Assembly: GCF_018350175.1 (NCBI RefSeq)
Contig: NC_058368.1
Location: 77,936,001 to 78,000,000 of the forward strand
Origin: Felis catus
Lineage: Eukaryota
Direction: 5' to 3'
DNA length: 64,000 bases
Shown here piece after piece: positions 63,895-64,000 of the stretch. Position 1 is the first letter of the stretch. Every line of letters begins with the position of its first letter. Below the pieces are notes generated by a model. That model made no database searches. It was not told where the DNA came from and saw only the letters and a list, made by a program, of their open reading frames with translations. The position numbers and the translations under genes were made by a program.

Positions 63895-64000
63895 CCTCGA
63901 TTCCTTGGTGTGTGAAATGGATTTGGAGCATCATGTTTAAATCTGGGCACCACATTTTAGGAAGGAACTTAATTAGAGTGTGCCCAGAGGAGGAGAATCA
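63895..64000 (+). mobile_element. L3/CR1 LINE fragment running off the window end
   Basis: tggagcatcatgt...tctgggcaccacattttaggaagga...ccagaggagg matches the recalled CR1/L3 3' ORF2 consensus. Confidence 0.75.

Overview
This is felid (cat-family) nuclear DNA, identified by 27 feline-type CanSINEs (SINEC_Fc-like). I could not recognise any functional protein-coding exon, RNA gene or prokaryote-type system, and the supplied ORFs appear to be chance frames or frames through repeats. The only recognisable gene-derived sequence is a full-length, disabled PIH1D2 processed pseudogene (44939-46362, minus strand), inserted into a MER5A-type transposon with a clear target-site duplication. The rest is SINEs, a 5'-truncated L1, three solo LTRs, hAT/Tigger fossils, L2/MIR/L3 relics, microsatellites and unique sequence with enhancer-like motif clusters. 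Retroelement orientation (21 of 27 SINEs, the large L1 and all LTRs on +) suggests the window is intronic to a large minus-strand gene, which I cannot name. Best leads: an AT-to-GC substitution burst in the 5' part of the retrocopy (possible fossil recombination hotspot), an L1 with an apparent ~47-bp TSD, a head-to-head SINE pair sharing one TTTAAA target, a nested microhomology-mediated duplication, and a candidate 17-nt minus-strand microexon. I do not claim a new biological system. Repeat subfamily names come from recalled consensus sequences, and old-repeat boundaries are approximate.
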